This document shows positions 18,344 to 27,817 of a stretch of DNA of 32,000 bases, piece after piece. The notes beneath the pieces were generated by a model. That model was not told where the DNA came from. It did not search any database and was given only the letters and a program-made list of their open reading frames with translations. The stretch is from positions 150,001 through 182,000 of the forward strand of contig NC_009929.1 of NCBI RefSeq assembly GCF_000018105.1, read 5' to 3'. The stretch's first letter is position 1, and every line of letters begins with the position of its first letter. Origin of the DNA: Acaryochloris marina MBIC11017 (lineage in GTDB: Bacteria > Cyanobacteriota > Cyanobacteriia > Thermosynechococcales > Thermosynechococcaceae). Position numbers and translations under genes: made by a program.

Positions 18344-18664
18344 ATATCACACTCCTATTCTTCTAATAAAATCCGATAAACTGGCAAAAAAGATTGCCTC
18401 ACAGCGAGATTCGCCGTTTATCCTCATTTCTACAGTAGAAAATAGTCTTGATATTCTTGTGAGGTCGATAATCCAATCTCTGACTCACCTTCAGGCCACG
18501 ACAGAGGTTCTATACATCAGTAAAAGGCAGATCCCTCAGCCCATCTAAACTAAAGATTGCGAATAGCTGGCTGAAGTATCTGCCATGCCACATCTAAACC
18601 AAGTACTTCAACCAAGGTTCAAGGCTGAACAAAGATCGGCTCAAACTTCAGCTTGGAACAGTGA

Positions 18665-19510
18665 TTAATTGCCTGGATCCGTCTCAAGATGGGTAATGCG
18701 TCCCCGCCAATAGGTAAAGGGTCCATCTTCCAATTGCCAGCTCACCTGACCAAAGGTCGGCATATCGTACCCACCCAATGTCCTATACTCGGACACCACA
18801 CAACTCCAGGGGGTTTCAACGGCTTGTCCTGCAACCATTCTGGGTCGATTCGGTGCAGTGATACTAACGAGGTCACCATTAGGATCAAAATTGTAATGGA
18901 CTCCTACGTCTGGTTCACTTGTAACCTTTACGGTGAACTCATTCAGTTTGTGCCAATGTAACGCTGAATTATTCAGAAACGCAGCTGGGAAAAAGATCAA
19001 TTCTGCCAGGTACCGCATTAGCTCCCCTTTATCTGTACTCGGTCCTGCCACCCTTAAAAAGGGAATTGAACCCAACAGCCTTCCTTCCAGCCTCCCTTTA
19101 CCTTGGACATAGCTGTCCACTACTTCGATATGAATAAAGGGGGCAAGTCGAAAAATGGCTCGCCACACAAACCCCGGTTGTCGAATCGCAAAGTCTTGGG
19201 TGGCCGTAAACGGTAGCCACCTTCCCTGCTCGGATAAACGCATTTCACCCGTTTGGTGAATCTGAATAGTGGTGGGACTATCCTGAGATGGCCCTTGGTC
19301 TGAGTCTGAACGATGCGATCGCATTGCCAATGCACAAATCAACCTGGGGGGTTGAAGGACCTGTTCATCATTGGTCAGCATTCTCAGAGCCTGGACTTGT
19401 TGCTCAATTGAGCGATGAAACTGCCAAGTGGACCCAAAATGCAGAATGAACAAGAGGGCTAGAGCCAATAAAATTGCGAGCCTAAGGGGCACAACAACCT
19501 CCCAAACCAT
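18665..19510 (-). CDS. Hypothetical membrane-anchored protein (possibly DUF6544-like)
   Basis: 281-aa ORF with an N-terminal TM helix (VVVPLRLAILLALALLFILHF). Blocks such as QPGFVWRA and MRYLAELIFFPAAFL vaguely match a DUF family from memory. No catalytic motif recognised. Confidence 0.55.
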   Translation of the reverse strand: MVWEVVVPLRLAILLALALLFILHFGSTWQFHRSIEQQVQALRMLTNDEQVLQPPRLICALAMRSHRSDSDQGPSQDSPTTIQIHQTGEMRLSEQGRWLPFTATQDFAIRQPGFVWRAIFRLAPFIHIEVVDSYVQGKGRLEGRLLGSIPFLRVAGPSTDKGELMRYLAELIFFPAAFLNNSALHWHKLNEFTVKVTSEPDVGVHYNFDPNGDLVSITAPNRPRMVAGQAVETPWSCVVSEYRTLGGYDMPTFGQVSWQLEDGPFTYWRGRITHLETDPGN

Positions 19511-19556
19511 AAAAAATAATCATGTTCAGAGGTTCTAAACCATCGGAAAACCGACT

Positions 19557-20642
19557 TTAACCTCGAGCAGATGGGTGATCAACAGGCGAGGATTTCCTCT
19601 CTGGCTTGGATGAATTCGCCCGGAAAGTTTCATCACACAGTAAGACTAACTGACCTCTCACTGCAGCGTGATCCAGTAAGTTATGGGCCACCGCTGCATC
19701 TGCTAAGGGTAGGCGATCGGCAATGATAGGTTGAATAGAGCCATCCGCCAGTAGATCCAGAAGGCTCGTTAAATCGTCTCGGAACCAATTGGGTTGACGC
19801 CGCTTCAAATCAGTAATGTTGTAAAAAACAGCGCTACGACGATCCGGCCAGATGCTTAACAGAGTCAGAAGGCCCATACTCTCCCCGACTTTCAACAGCC
19901 TTCCCCAATGTGCTGATAGCGCTGAGGAAAACCCATAGCTAATGAGTTGTCCCCCAGGCGCTAAAGTTTGGTATGACCCCAGTAAATGACGCCCCCCAAT
20001 GGCATCAAAGACCACATCCATTCCATTGGGAGTGAGACGACGAATCTGCGGCTGGAAATTTTCCGGCAGATAATCTATCGGAGTGGCACCCAAATTGGCA
20101 ATGAGATCATGTTTCGTTGTGGAATCAGTACCATACATCTTTAAGCCTGCGAGGTGACCTAACTCCAGGAGCGCAGTTCCAACACCGCCCGCAGCACCGT
20201 GAATCAAGATGCGATCGCCGGATTGAACCTTAGCAATTCGGTGCAGTAACTGATAGGCTGTCACGTACTGCAAAACTAGACCGACGGCCTCGGCAACATC
20301 CACCTCAGGTGGTACCAGAACACATTCATGGGCGGGTAAACAAACGTACTCACTATATCCCCCCACCACAGTCAGGGCCGCAATCCGCTGACCGATATCC
20401 AGCCCCGCGACCCCAGAACCGAGCTGATCAACAATCCCAACTATTTCATAGCCTGGGGTAAAGGGCACTTTGGGTAATCCCAGATAGAGTCCCTCGCGGA
20501 TCAAAACGTCTGTAAAAGCCACACCAGTTGCTAATACCCGTACTCCCACTTCTCCCGCCCGAGGTTCAGGTCGTTCATCCATAACTATCTCTAAAACATC
20601 CGGTCCGCCGTGGCGGGAAATAATCACATGTCGGTAGCGCAT
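19557..20642 (-). CDS. Medium-chain dehydrogenase/reductase (quinone oxidoreductase / zeta-crystallin-like, NAD(P)H-dependent)
   Basis: GGPDVLEI...PEPRAGEVGVRV N-terminal GroES-like fold, and a Rossmann motif ILIHGAAGGVGTALLEL. A ~25-aa basic/Ser-rich C-terminal tail. Confidence 0.85.
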   Translation of the reverse strand: MRYRHVIISRHGGPDVLEIVMDERPEPRAGEVGVRVLATGVAFTDVLIREGLYLGLPKVPFTPGYEIVGIVDQLGSGVAGLDIGQRIAALTVVGGYSEYVCLPAHECVLVPPEVDVAEAVGLVLQYVTAYQLLHRIAKVQSGDRILIHGAAGGVGTALLELGHLAGLKMYGTDSTTKHDLIANLGATPIDYLPENFQPQIRRLTPNGMDVVFDAIGGRHLLGSYQTLAPGGQLISYGFSSALSAHWGRLLKVGESMGLLTLLSIWPDRRSAVFYNITDLKRRQPNWFRDDLTSLLDLLADGSIQPIIADRLPLADAAVAHNLLDHAAVRGQLVLLCDETFRANSSKPERKSSPVDHPSARG

Positions 20643-20859
20643 ACTAACACCTATGTTTGAGGGCTAAATGCTTTACAGTTGAGGGCATCTAGCCTCCAAT
20701 CTAGAGTGGGATATTGTGAAAATTGTGAGGGCTGTAAGCACCCAATAGCGACGATCTAATCCCCTCACATTGTCTTCAACTTTTCGCTTTAGTCTCATGG
20801 CTAGAGAGGATCTGAATTGCCCCTCAAGATTAATCCTTCCCCCTCTTCCTGAGCACATG

Positions 20860-20877
20860 ACGCTTGACTTCAAGCGT
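20860..20877. repeat. 18-bp perfect palindrome ACGCTTGACTTCAAGCGT in a divergent intergenic region
   Basis: Read directly from the sequence. It is followed by TTT on the + strand and lies between the oxidoreductase start (20642, -) and the PRC-barrel gene start (21046, +). Confidence 0.5.
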
Positions 20878-21045
20878 TTTCTCGCCATTAAGTTATGGGA
20901 ATGAAGGATATCTTGATTGATAAAGAATCTTCTCACAGGCTTCCAACAGGGAAAGCGGTCAGAGATGTTAATAATTACCATCGAACGAGCACAACATCGC
21001 TGAAACATTACATGTGCTCATTACTGAACGGTCGTGGAGACACCC

Positions 21046-21810
21046 ATGTTCAATATCATCCGTTACAGTCAAATGGTCGGATTAACTGCAATTGGGAACA
21101 CCACTAATTCCCACCTAGGAAACGTGGAAGAGATCTGGCTTGACGAGTCTGGATATGTCACATATCTATCCAGTCGCCAGCGGTATTGGTCTCTTCGTCA
21201 AGTTGCGAGTGTGGGCAAAGAGACCGTGTCGGTTGATCGTCCCCTCATAGTGTCAACCCCACCCCATCTCCATCATGGATATCAACTCCCAGTCCGATCT
21301 AGGGTCGGAGAAACGTTGGGCTGGGTAGAAGATTTTCTGTTCGATTGGCATACAGGGGAAATCGTCGCTTATATCTTGGCAGGAGAGATTGCCAGTTACC
21401 TAGGAGAACGCGCAATCCTCTTCCCTGGGGATATCGAGAAATACACACCTGAAGCCCTCCTGATTCCAGAAGGAGCAAAAAATCTACTCAAACCGGAGTC
21501 AGAAGGGTCAAAGGATTTTATTTGCGAAAAATCTACCGAGGTTAAATTTGTTATCCAGGAGATGACGGATCGCTTACAGCGTTTATTCAACCTAAATGAC
21601 GGACCATACGAGATTCAGATCAAGATTCAGCAAGTTAGCGAAGCTCTTGCTTCCACGAATAAGTATGATCAGCGCCATTTGGCTGAAGCTACTGAGTTTC
21701 TTCAAGGTCAATGGGCTAGTTTGCAGCATGGAATTAGTCGTAACCTCAATCTAGCCCAAACTGCTCTAGAAAAAGCTTGGCAAGAAATTGTGAGTCAGAA
21801 CAAGCTTTAA
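21046..21810 (+). CDS. Hypothetical protein with two PRC-barrel-like segments and a helical C-terminal half
   Basis: IIRYSQMVGLTAIGNTTNSHLGNVEEIWLDESGYVTYL and VGETLGWVEDFLFDWHTGEIVAYILAG look like PRC-barrel strands. First ATG at 21046; the ORF-track start at 21034 is GTG. Ends 91 nt before groES. Confidence 0.5.
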   Translation: MFNIIRYSQMVGLTAIGNTTNSHLGNVEEIWLDESGYVTYLSSRQRYWSLRQVASVGKETVSVDRPLIVSTPPHLHHGYQLPVRSRVGETLGWVEDFLFDWHTGEIVAYILAGEIASYLGERAILFPGDIEKYTPEALLIPEGAKNLLKPESEGSKDFICEKSTEVKFVIQEMTDRLQRLFNLNDGPYEIQIKIQQVSEALASTNKYDQRHLAEATEFLQGQWASLQHGISRNLNLAQTALEKAWQEIVSQNKL

Positions 21811-21901
21811 AGGTTGATCACGATCTGGATGCCTATCTATTTTTGGTGTGCTGCTCACCCACCCAAATGAACTGACCCCTTTAATTTATGGAGGATTGGA
21901 T

Positions 21902-22213
21902 ATGTCCACTCTAACCCTCAACGTTTCTACTGTTAGCCCTCTCGGCGACCGTGTCTTTCTGAAGGTAAATAGGGCTGAAGAAAAAACCGCAGGTGGCATC
22001 TTAATGCCCGATACAGCTCAAGAGAAATCTCAAGTGGGAAAGGTGGTTAGTGTTGGGCCTGGTTTGAGGTCTGGGAATGGCTCCTATGCCCCCATCGACG
22101 TTCAAGTCGGCGATCAGGTGCTATATGCCAAATACAGTGGAACGGATATCAAACTGGGTAATGAAGATTATGTGCTGACCAAAGCTCAAGATATTCTCGC
22201 GATTGTCACATAG
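21902..22213 (+). CDS. groES: Co-chaperonin GroES
   Basis: 103 aa from the ATG at 21902, with GGAGG 7 nt upstream. [10 protein letters not shown], the mobile loop [17 protein letters not shown] and [12 protein letters not shown]. Confidence 0.93.
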   Translation: MSTLTLNVSTVSPLGDRVFLKVNRAEEKTAGGILMPDTAQEKSQVGKVVSVGPGLRSGNGSYAPIDVQVGDQVLYAKYSGTDIKLGNEDYVLTKAQDILAIVT

Positions 22214-22241
22214 GGAATCAACGTGTTGGAGGTAAGGAATG

Positions 22242-23852
22242 ATGGCTAAGTCAATTCAATACGATACAGCGGCTCGCCATGCCTTAGAGCAAGGGATCGA
22301 TCTGCTGACTGAAGCAGTGGCAGTGACCTTAGGACCTAGAGGCCGCAATGTCGTCCTTGAGCAAAAATTTGGTCCCCCGCAAATTGTGAATGATGGCATC
22401 ACCATTGCCAAGGAAATTGAACTAGACAACCCTTTAGCCAATACAGGCGTAGCCTTGTTGCGCCAAGTTGCAGCCAAAACCAATGATGCGGCAGGGGATG
22501 GCACCACCACAGCCGTTGTTTTAAGCCATGCAATGGTAAAGGAAGGGTTGCGCAATATCGCAGCGGGAGCCAATCCAATGGCAATACGACGGGGCATCGA
22601 CCAGGCCACCCAATTTTTGTTGGATCAGATTGCTGAACATGCACTACCTGTGAAAGATTCCAATGCGATCTCACAGGTTGGGACCATTGCTGCGGGCAAT
22701 GATGAAACTGTGGGGCAAATGATTGCTGCTGCCATGGCAAAGGTGGGTCAGCAAGGGGTGATTTCTTTGGAAGAAGGCCAATCAATGCAGACCGAAGTCG
22801 AAGTCACGGAAGGGATGCGGTTTGACAAGGGGTATATTTCACCTTACTTCGTAACGGATGCCGAGCGAATGGTGACGACTCTGGATGATGCCTACCTATT
22901 ACTAACGGATAAAAAGATCACCTTAGTGAATGCCTTACTGCCCATTCTGGAGAACGTTACACAAACGGGTAAACCTCTTGTGATAATTGCTGAAGATATT
23001 GAAAAAGAAGCCTTAGCAACCCTTGTCCTAAATCAATTACGAGGTACTGTCAGGGTGGCTGGGGTTAAGGCACCTGGATTTGGCGATCGCCGCAAGGATC
23101 TGTTAGCTGATATAGCAGTACTCACTGGAGGACAAGTCATCAGCGAAGATACTGGGCTGACCTTAGAAAACGCCACCCTAGAAATGATGGGCCGTGCTCG
23201 CCAAGTGGTCATCACTAAGGACCATACCACCCTCATTTCGGAAAGCAATGAAGCTGCTGTCAAAGCGCGTTGTGAGCAAATTCATCGCCTGATAGATGAG
23301 ACAGACTCATCCTTTGAAAAGGAAAAACTGCATGAGCGTCTAGCTCAGCTTTCTGGTGGGGTAGCTGTAATCAAGGTTGGGGCCGCCACTGAAACGGAAA
23401 TGAAGGACCGTAAGTTAAAACTAGAAGACGCGATTAACGCAACTCAAGCCGCTGTTGAGGAAGGCATTGTTCCAGGTGGTGGTACAACCCTCGTGCATCT
23501 TGCCCCTCAACTTGAGGACTGGTCTGCTGAACATTTGGTTGGTGATGAACTGATCGGAGCCATGATTCTAGTCCGTTCCCTCTCTGCTCCATTGAGACAG
23601 ATTGTGGAGAACGCGGGTCTGAATGGTGGGGTGGTTGTAGAGCAGGTTAAGACTTTACCGTTCAACACGGGCTATGATGCCTTGAACAACCAGTATGTGG
23701 ATATGTTTACTGCCGGGATTGTCGATCCAGCTAAGGTGACTAGTGCTGGGTTGCGAAATGCCGCTTCCATTGCGGGTATGGTTCTGACCACAGAGTGCAT
23801 TATTGCGGAGCAATCTCAGGCCACAACAAAGGATTTAGCGAATGCTGGTTGA
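22242..23852 (+). CDS. groEL: Chaperonin GroEL (Cpn60), paralog without a Gly-Met-rich C-terminal tail
   Basis: MAKSIQYD..., [33 protein letters not shown], and VPGGG. Ends ...[20 protein letters not shown] precedes the tandem ATGs at 22239/22242. Confidence 0.95.
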   Translation: MAKSIQYDTAARHALEQGIDLLTEAVAVTLGPRGRNVVLEQKFGPPQIVNDGITIAKEIELDNPLANTGVALLRQVAAKTNDAAGDGTTTAVVLSHAMVKEGLRNIAAGANPMAIRRGIDQATQFLLDQIAEHALPVKDSNAISQVGTIAAGNDETVGQMIAAAMAKVGQQGVISLEEGQSMQTEVEVTEGMRFDKGYISPYFVTDAERMVTTLDDAYLLLTDKKITLVNALLPILENVTQTGKPLVIIAEDIEKEALATLVLNQLRGTVRVAGVKAPGFGDRRKDLLADIAVLTGGQVISEDTGLTLENATLEMMGRARQVVITKDHTTLISESNEAAVKARCEQIHRLIDETDSSFEKEKLHERLAQLSGGVAVIKVGAATETEMKDRKLKLEDAINATQAAVEEGIVPGGGTTLVHLAPQLEDWSAEHLVGDELIGAMILVRSLSAPLRQIVENAGLNGGVVVEQVKTLPFNTGYDALNNQYVDMFTAGIVDPAKVTSAGLRNAASIAGMVLTTECIIAEQSQATTKDLANAG

Positions 23853-24050
23853 GAAAGGAAAGGGTCCGGTGACTGATTCTTTGATCTGATGCTACGACAT
23901 TAGGATTCCCTTCAATGTCCGATTTGGCCTGTATTCGTTGGCTGATCTTCATGGTTTTCACATAATTATTCCTTAATCTTTGGAATATTGGTAATCATCC
24001 ATGAGATGGAACGGAAGGAAAAAGTGCCCACATAGATGGAGTGAGTCATC

Positions 24051-24302
24051 ATGTCATCCGCATCAACTGGCGTACTAGATAGGTGTCCTGATATTACAGA
24101 ACTGCCTGAGAAAGTGATGTGTCGTTATGTCAATGAGATGCAGCGAACCCAAATTATCCGAATTGTCAATATTCCCCAGGACTTCCTCGAGCGAACTGTA
24201 TTACCAGGTGATCACTTAGTTTTTGAAACCTATCCCGACGCTGAGTTGGAGGTTCATACCTATGAAATGGCCAGTGCTACTTTGACGGCGAAGATTATAT
24301 GA
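24051..24302 (+). CDS. Cyanobacterial small protein, DUF1830-like
   Basis: 83 aa. CRYVNEMQRTQIIRIVNIPQDFLERTVLPGDHLVFETYPDAELEVHT matches my memory of the DUF1830 consensus (C.Y.N.T...QI.RI.NIP..YFERVVFPGQRL.FEA). Confidence 0.7.
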   Translation: MSSASTGVLDRCPDITELPEKVMCRYVNEMQRTQIIRIVNIPQDFLERTVLPGDHLVFETYPDAELEVHTYEMASATLTAKII

Positions 24303-24451
24303 GATCGCTTGGCCATTCCAACAGTATCGGAAACAACTAGGATGTGTGCTTTATATAAAGAGTTGAATGGGGGATAAAAGGTCCCCTCAGGCCTTTAAAC
24401 GCAAATGATTCTTGTTCCCACTCTAATAACCTTTGCCACTTAGAACTAGGT

Positions 24452-24709
24452 ATGCTTTGGATCTATTCCCAAAAACAGGCCCCCTTTTGGTGGATTGAAA
24501 TTGTGACGCTAGAACCACAAAGCACCCTCTACTATGGCCCTTTCAAAACTTCGACAGAAGCTGCAAGTTATCAATCAAACATTATTAAAGACATGAAGGC
24601 AATGCCTCAAAGAATTACTGTCACAATCCGCACATGTCAACCAGAAATCTTAGCCATCACCAATATTGAAGACCCGAATAGAGAACCCCCTTTCCTACCC
24701 GAACGATAG
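24452..24709 (+). CDS. Cyanobacterial small protein, DUF1816-like
   Basis: 85 aa. FWWIEIVTLEPQSTLYYGPFKTSTEAASYQSNIIKDM...ITVTIRTCQPEILAI matches my memory of the DUF1816 consensus (WWVEI.T..P.CTYYFGPF.S..EA). Confidence 0.7.
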   Translation: MLWIYSQKQAPFWWIEIVTLEPQSTLYYGPFKTSTEAASYQSNIIKDMKAMPQRITVTIRTCQPEILAITNIEDPNREPPFLPER

Positions 24710-24744
24710 CTCCAAAAACGACCACTAATACTTCAACGAGAAGT

Positions 24745-26016
24745 ATGGATACTCAACATCTAAAATTCATCCCTCAGAGCAACGTTTTTAAGCTGCTATG
24801 GGTCTTATTCTTATCTTTTCTAATTGGATTGGAGCGAGAAGGACATCATACTCAAACAGGTCGCTATGCTTTTGGTGGAGTTCGTACCTACCCAATGATT
24901 GGATTAGTAGGGTACTGCATCGCCTTTCTGACGAACGGTCAAAGTATCGCATTGGGAATGGGTTTTCTAGCCATTGCTGGTCTGATGGCTCTTTCGTATT
25001 GGCATAAGTTGCAAACAGTAGAAAATGCAGGGGTAACTTCAGAAATTGCTTGCTTAGCAACCTATTTGGTGGGTGCTCTTGTCTACTTTGGTCACTACTG
25101 GGAAGCCGCAACCTTAGCGATTACCAGTTTATTTTTATTGGAATTAAAGTCTGTTTTAGAAAAGTTGGCTACCCAATTTTCTTCAGAAGATATTCTTACA
25201 TTAACCAAGTTTTTACTACTGACATTTGTGATCTTGCCAGTTCTGCCCAATCAAGCCTATGGCGAGTTTCAACTCAATCCCTTTAAGACTTGGTTAGTCG
25301 TCATTGCTGTAAGCGGCATCTCCTATGCCAGCTATCTGTTGCAGCGTGCATTTCAGGGGAGAGGGACTCTGATTATTATTGCGTTGATTGGTGGAGCTTA
25401 TTCTTCAACCGTTACAACCGTGGCCCTTGCCAAACAATCCACCTCAGATCCTCTGCCAAGAAGGTATGCAGGAGCAATTCTCATCGCCTCAGGGATGATG
25501 TATTGCCGCTTGATCGTTTTAACGGGTATCTTCAATAAGTCTCTTGCAGCCCTCCTATGGGGACCTATGAGTCTCGTGGCAAGCATCGCTATTTTAGGAG
25601 GTGGAATATGGTTAATATTTACAGGTCGCTCAGCTAAGGTTTACTCAGTCCGAGCAACATCTCAAAATCCACTTGAGCTAAGATTTGCATTACTCTTTGC
25701 AGGGGTATTTGTGATGTTGCTAGTTTTGACACACTACGCAATTGAGGTTTTGGGTCAAGCGGGCATCTACACCCTAGCTGGTATTTTGGGGTTCGCGGAT
25801 GTAGATCCTTTCGTCATGGGTATCACCCAATCTGCTGGTCAGTCTACTGCGCTAAACATTAGTGCGATCGCTATTTTAATAGCCGCAGCTAGTAATAGTA
25901 TCGCGAAAGGTATATACACATTGGGTATTGGTGATTGGAAAGTAGGGAAATCAAGCCTTATTTTACAAAGTATTCTAGCTTTGATCAGCTTACTTCCTAT
26001 TTTATATTTGAGGTAG
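24745..26016 (+). CDS. MgtC/SapB-family N-terminal domain fused to a DUF4010-type polytopic membrane domain
   Basis: 423 aa with ~10 TM segments. The N-terminal FLIGLEREGHH is the MgtC-type GLERE signature. Confidence 0.78.
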   Translation: MDTQHLKFIPQSNVFKLLWVLFLSFLIGLEREGHHTQTGRYAFGGVRTYPMIGLVGYCIAFLTNGQSIALGMGFLAIAGLMALSYWHKLQTVENAGVTSEIACLATYLVGALVYFGHYWEAATLAITSLFLLELKSVLEKLATQFSSEDILTLTKFLLLTFVILPVLPNQAYGEFQLNPFKTWLVVIAVSGISYASYLLQRAFQGRGTLIIIALIGGAYSSTVTTVALAKQSTSDPLPRRYAGAILIASGMMYCRLIVLTGIFNKSLAALLWGPMSLVASIAILGGGIWLIFTGRSAKVYSVRATSQNPLELRFALLFAGVFVMLLVLTHYAIEVLGQAGIYTLAGILGFADVDPFVMGITQSAGQSTALNISAIAILIAAASNSIAKGIYTLGIGDWKVGKSSLILQSILALISLLPILYLR

Positions 26017-26048
26017 AAAATGCGAGGTTACTAAAACTATTAACGCCA

Positions 26049-26405
26049 CTATTTTGATTGAAAGTCTTGACAGTTTAGTGCATCGCTTGTTAGGACCCTT
26101 CCTGGGTGAACAGCACAACTAAGGTATGCATTTCGATTGTAAAACTTACACTTTAGACAATGATTACAACTATCTTTTCGCAAATATACTAAAGATCTGC
26201 GAAAGAGCTTAATAAAGTTTGGGGAACAGCAAATCAAGATCACCACTAAAATCGCTATTACTATTCCTAAATTAATAGAAGAACTGACATGATTATCAGA
26301 TACTTCTCTAGGATTAGGAATATCAAGCTGGTTCACTAAAATAATTTTCCTAGATATTTGCTCTTGTTCAACCAGTATTTTAATCAAATCTATTGTGTAT
26401 ACCAT
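26049..26405 (-). CDS. Single-pass membrane protein with Cys-rich C-terminal motif (DUF6464-like)
   Basis: 118 aa. TM helix LGIVIAILVVILICC, then CNHCLKCKFYNRNAYLSCAVHPG...LNCQDF. The CxxCxxC...CAVxP...C pattern recalls a cyanobacterial DUF family. This is the first gene of the AT-rich segment. Confidence 0.55.
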   Translation of the reverse strand: MVYTIDLIKILVEQEQISRKIILVNQLDIPNPREVSDNHVSSSINLGIVIAILVVILICCSPNFIKLFRRSLVYLRKDSCNHCLKCKFYNRNAYLSCAVHPGRVLTSDALNCQDFQSK

Positions 26406-27271
26406 GATTACATCCTGCTATTTACTTAGAGAAATTATCTTTTCAGTAACTAGTATTCTTCTGAAATAGTTAACAATAACTTTCTTGCGTCCTCGGCATA
26501 AACCAGACAGTTACGATAAGCATCACTTTCTGCCTGTTATAAGTTAGACATTGATAATAAAAATATATTTGTAAAATTTGAAGTATTTGTGAGAAAGCAA
26601 GAATGAAGTGAGCACTGATAAAGATATAGATAGTGCGTCTCTTGGCTGATGATTTATAGCTATAGGAATAAAAGGAACTTTAGCTTTCTTCTCGAATTAT
26701 TAGATGACACCGATATATTTCTCATCAATATTTGGAGGATTAAATACTATATTTAATTTTAATAAATATAATTATACTGTTGAATAATATTTTTAGTGGC
26801 GGCAGATTTCTACTATGTCTCACAAAACCTCCAAGTTCTTAGAATAGACTAGGTACTAATCAATTCAAAGATTATGTGTAATTAGCTAAGCACGTCTAAC
26901 CGAAAAGAATTGTTTAGGGATTCAGAGTTATGAATACTAATGATCTTGCATAGGATCCTTAGCCCAAAATAATAGTTATCCTCCGTTATAGAGATAAAAT
27001 TCTTTCTTGACATGTGTACGTTGGTTTTTTTCTTCCTCCTATTTCTATGTTTCAACTTATTCTCCATGGCACCTTTTGAGCCTATATAAGAATTGGAATT
27101 CAAGCTTTACTTAACCAAGGGATAAGCAAAAAAATATCCTATGCATCTATGACAAATACCTAGGTTATATATATGTATATTTCTATAATTCAATACTATT
27201 GGAAATTAAGAAATATTTTCTGGATATCTAAAAGCAGATGATGGTCTTTTTTAAAGAAACAATCACTAGCT

Positions 27272-27526
27272 ATGAAAGAAACCAACCAAAATCATCTAAT
27301 ATCAGCCAGCACTGAGCAAAAGATGCTAAGTAATCAAAGAAAGATTTCCTTTGGCACTTCAGTCGAAATCCTGAAAGGACCTTTGCGTGGATGTAAAGGT
27401 AAAATCATAGGAAGTACTAATGATGGTGTGTTTTTTATCTTAAAAGATTTTGACTCAGTTCAAAAAGACAACAGCCAGTTTGTAGAGGGTCCTTACTTAG
27501 GATGTGAACTTAAGATTTTGAGTTAA
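27272..27526 (+). CDS. Small hypothetical protein with KOW-like motif
   Basis: 84-aa ORF in AT-rich DNA. GTSVEILKGPLRGCKGKIIGS resembles a KOW motif (G..V.I..GP..G..G.I). No obvious SD. Confidence 0.4.
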   Translation: MKETNQNHLISASTEQKMLSNQRKISFGTSVEILKGPLRGCKGKIIGSTNDGVFFILKDFDSVQKDNSQFVEGPYLGCELKILS

Positions 27527-27817
27527 ATGAATAGTTAAACTATCAGCAGGTAATTTCATAAACACTTTGACATTCACCGATCAATCAACGGCAGGTGAAT
27601 AATCAGTTCCGCAATTTGTTAGTCTTTTTCCAAGCGTATAAATTAAAATTGAAGCCTACCAAAATAAAAAGTTACTTAGGAATGAAACTTAAGTCAATAG
27701 CTCTACAGAATTTGAGCCAGTAGGATCATTTCACTCACAAGATCTTCAAACTATATCAGTAATTTGAAGGTGAGGTGAAAAGGTAATACTATCTTCTACC
27801 TTCCACCACTTAAACAG

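Noticed and set aside
20673-21107. 111-aa minus-strand ORF and 70-aa plus-strand ORF in the oxidoreductase/PRC-barrel intergenic region
   Set aside because: Very basic, Cys/Arg-rich and low-complexity translations with no SD and no motifs. The region is more likely a divergent promoter (see the palindrome finding).
21811-21901. Search for a CIRCE operator (TTAGCACTC-N9-GAGTGCTAA) upstream of groES
   Set aside because: No match or near-match seen here or in 20643-21045. The absence is reported as part of the groESL finding rather than as a feature.
22256-23263. Minus-strand ORFs antisense to groEL (22256-22609, 22399-22785, 23033-23263)
   Set aside because: These are antisense shadows of a highly conserved gene. 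Their Ala/Pro/Arg-rich products are typical of the reverse frame of GC-biased codons.
24369-24387. GGGGA-N7-TCCCC hairpin downstream of the DUF1830-like gene as an intrinsic terminator
   Set aside because: Only a 5-bp stem (6 with a G-U pair) and no U-tract directly after it. Too weak to call.
26882-27103. 73-aa minus-strand ORF in the AT-rich stretch
   Set aside because: Lys/Asn-rich translation as expected by chance in ~25% GC DNA. No SD and no motif.
27572-27600. ATTCACC-N15-GGTGAAT inverted repeat 46 nt after the KOW-like ORF
   Set aside because: A 7-bp stem with a large loop and no U-tract. Repeats of this size are expected by chance in AT-rich sequence.
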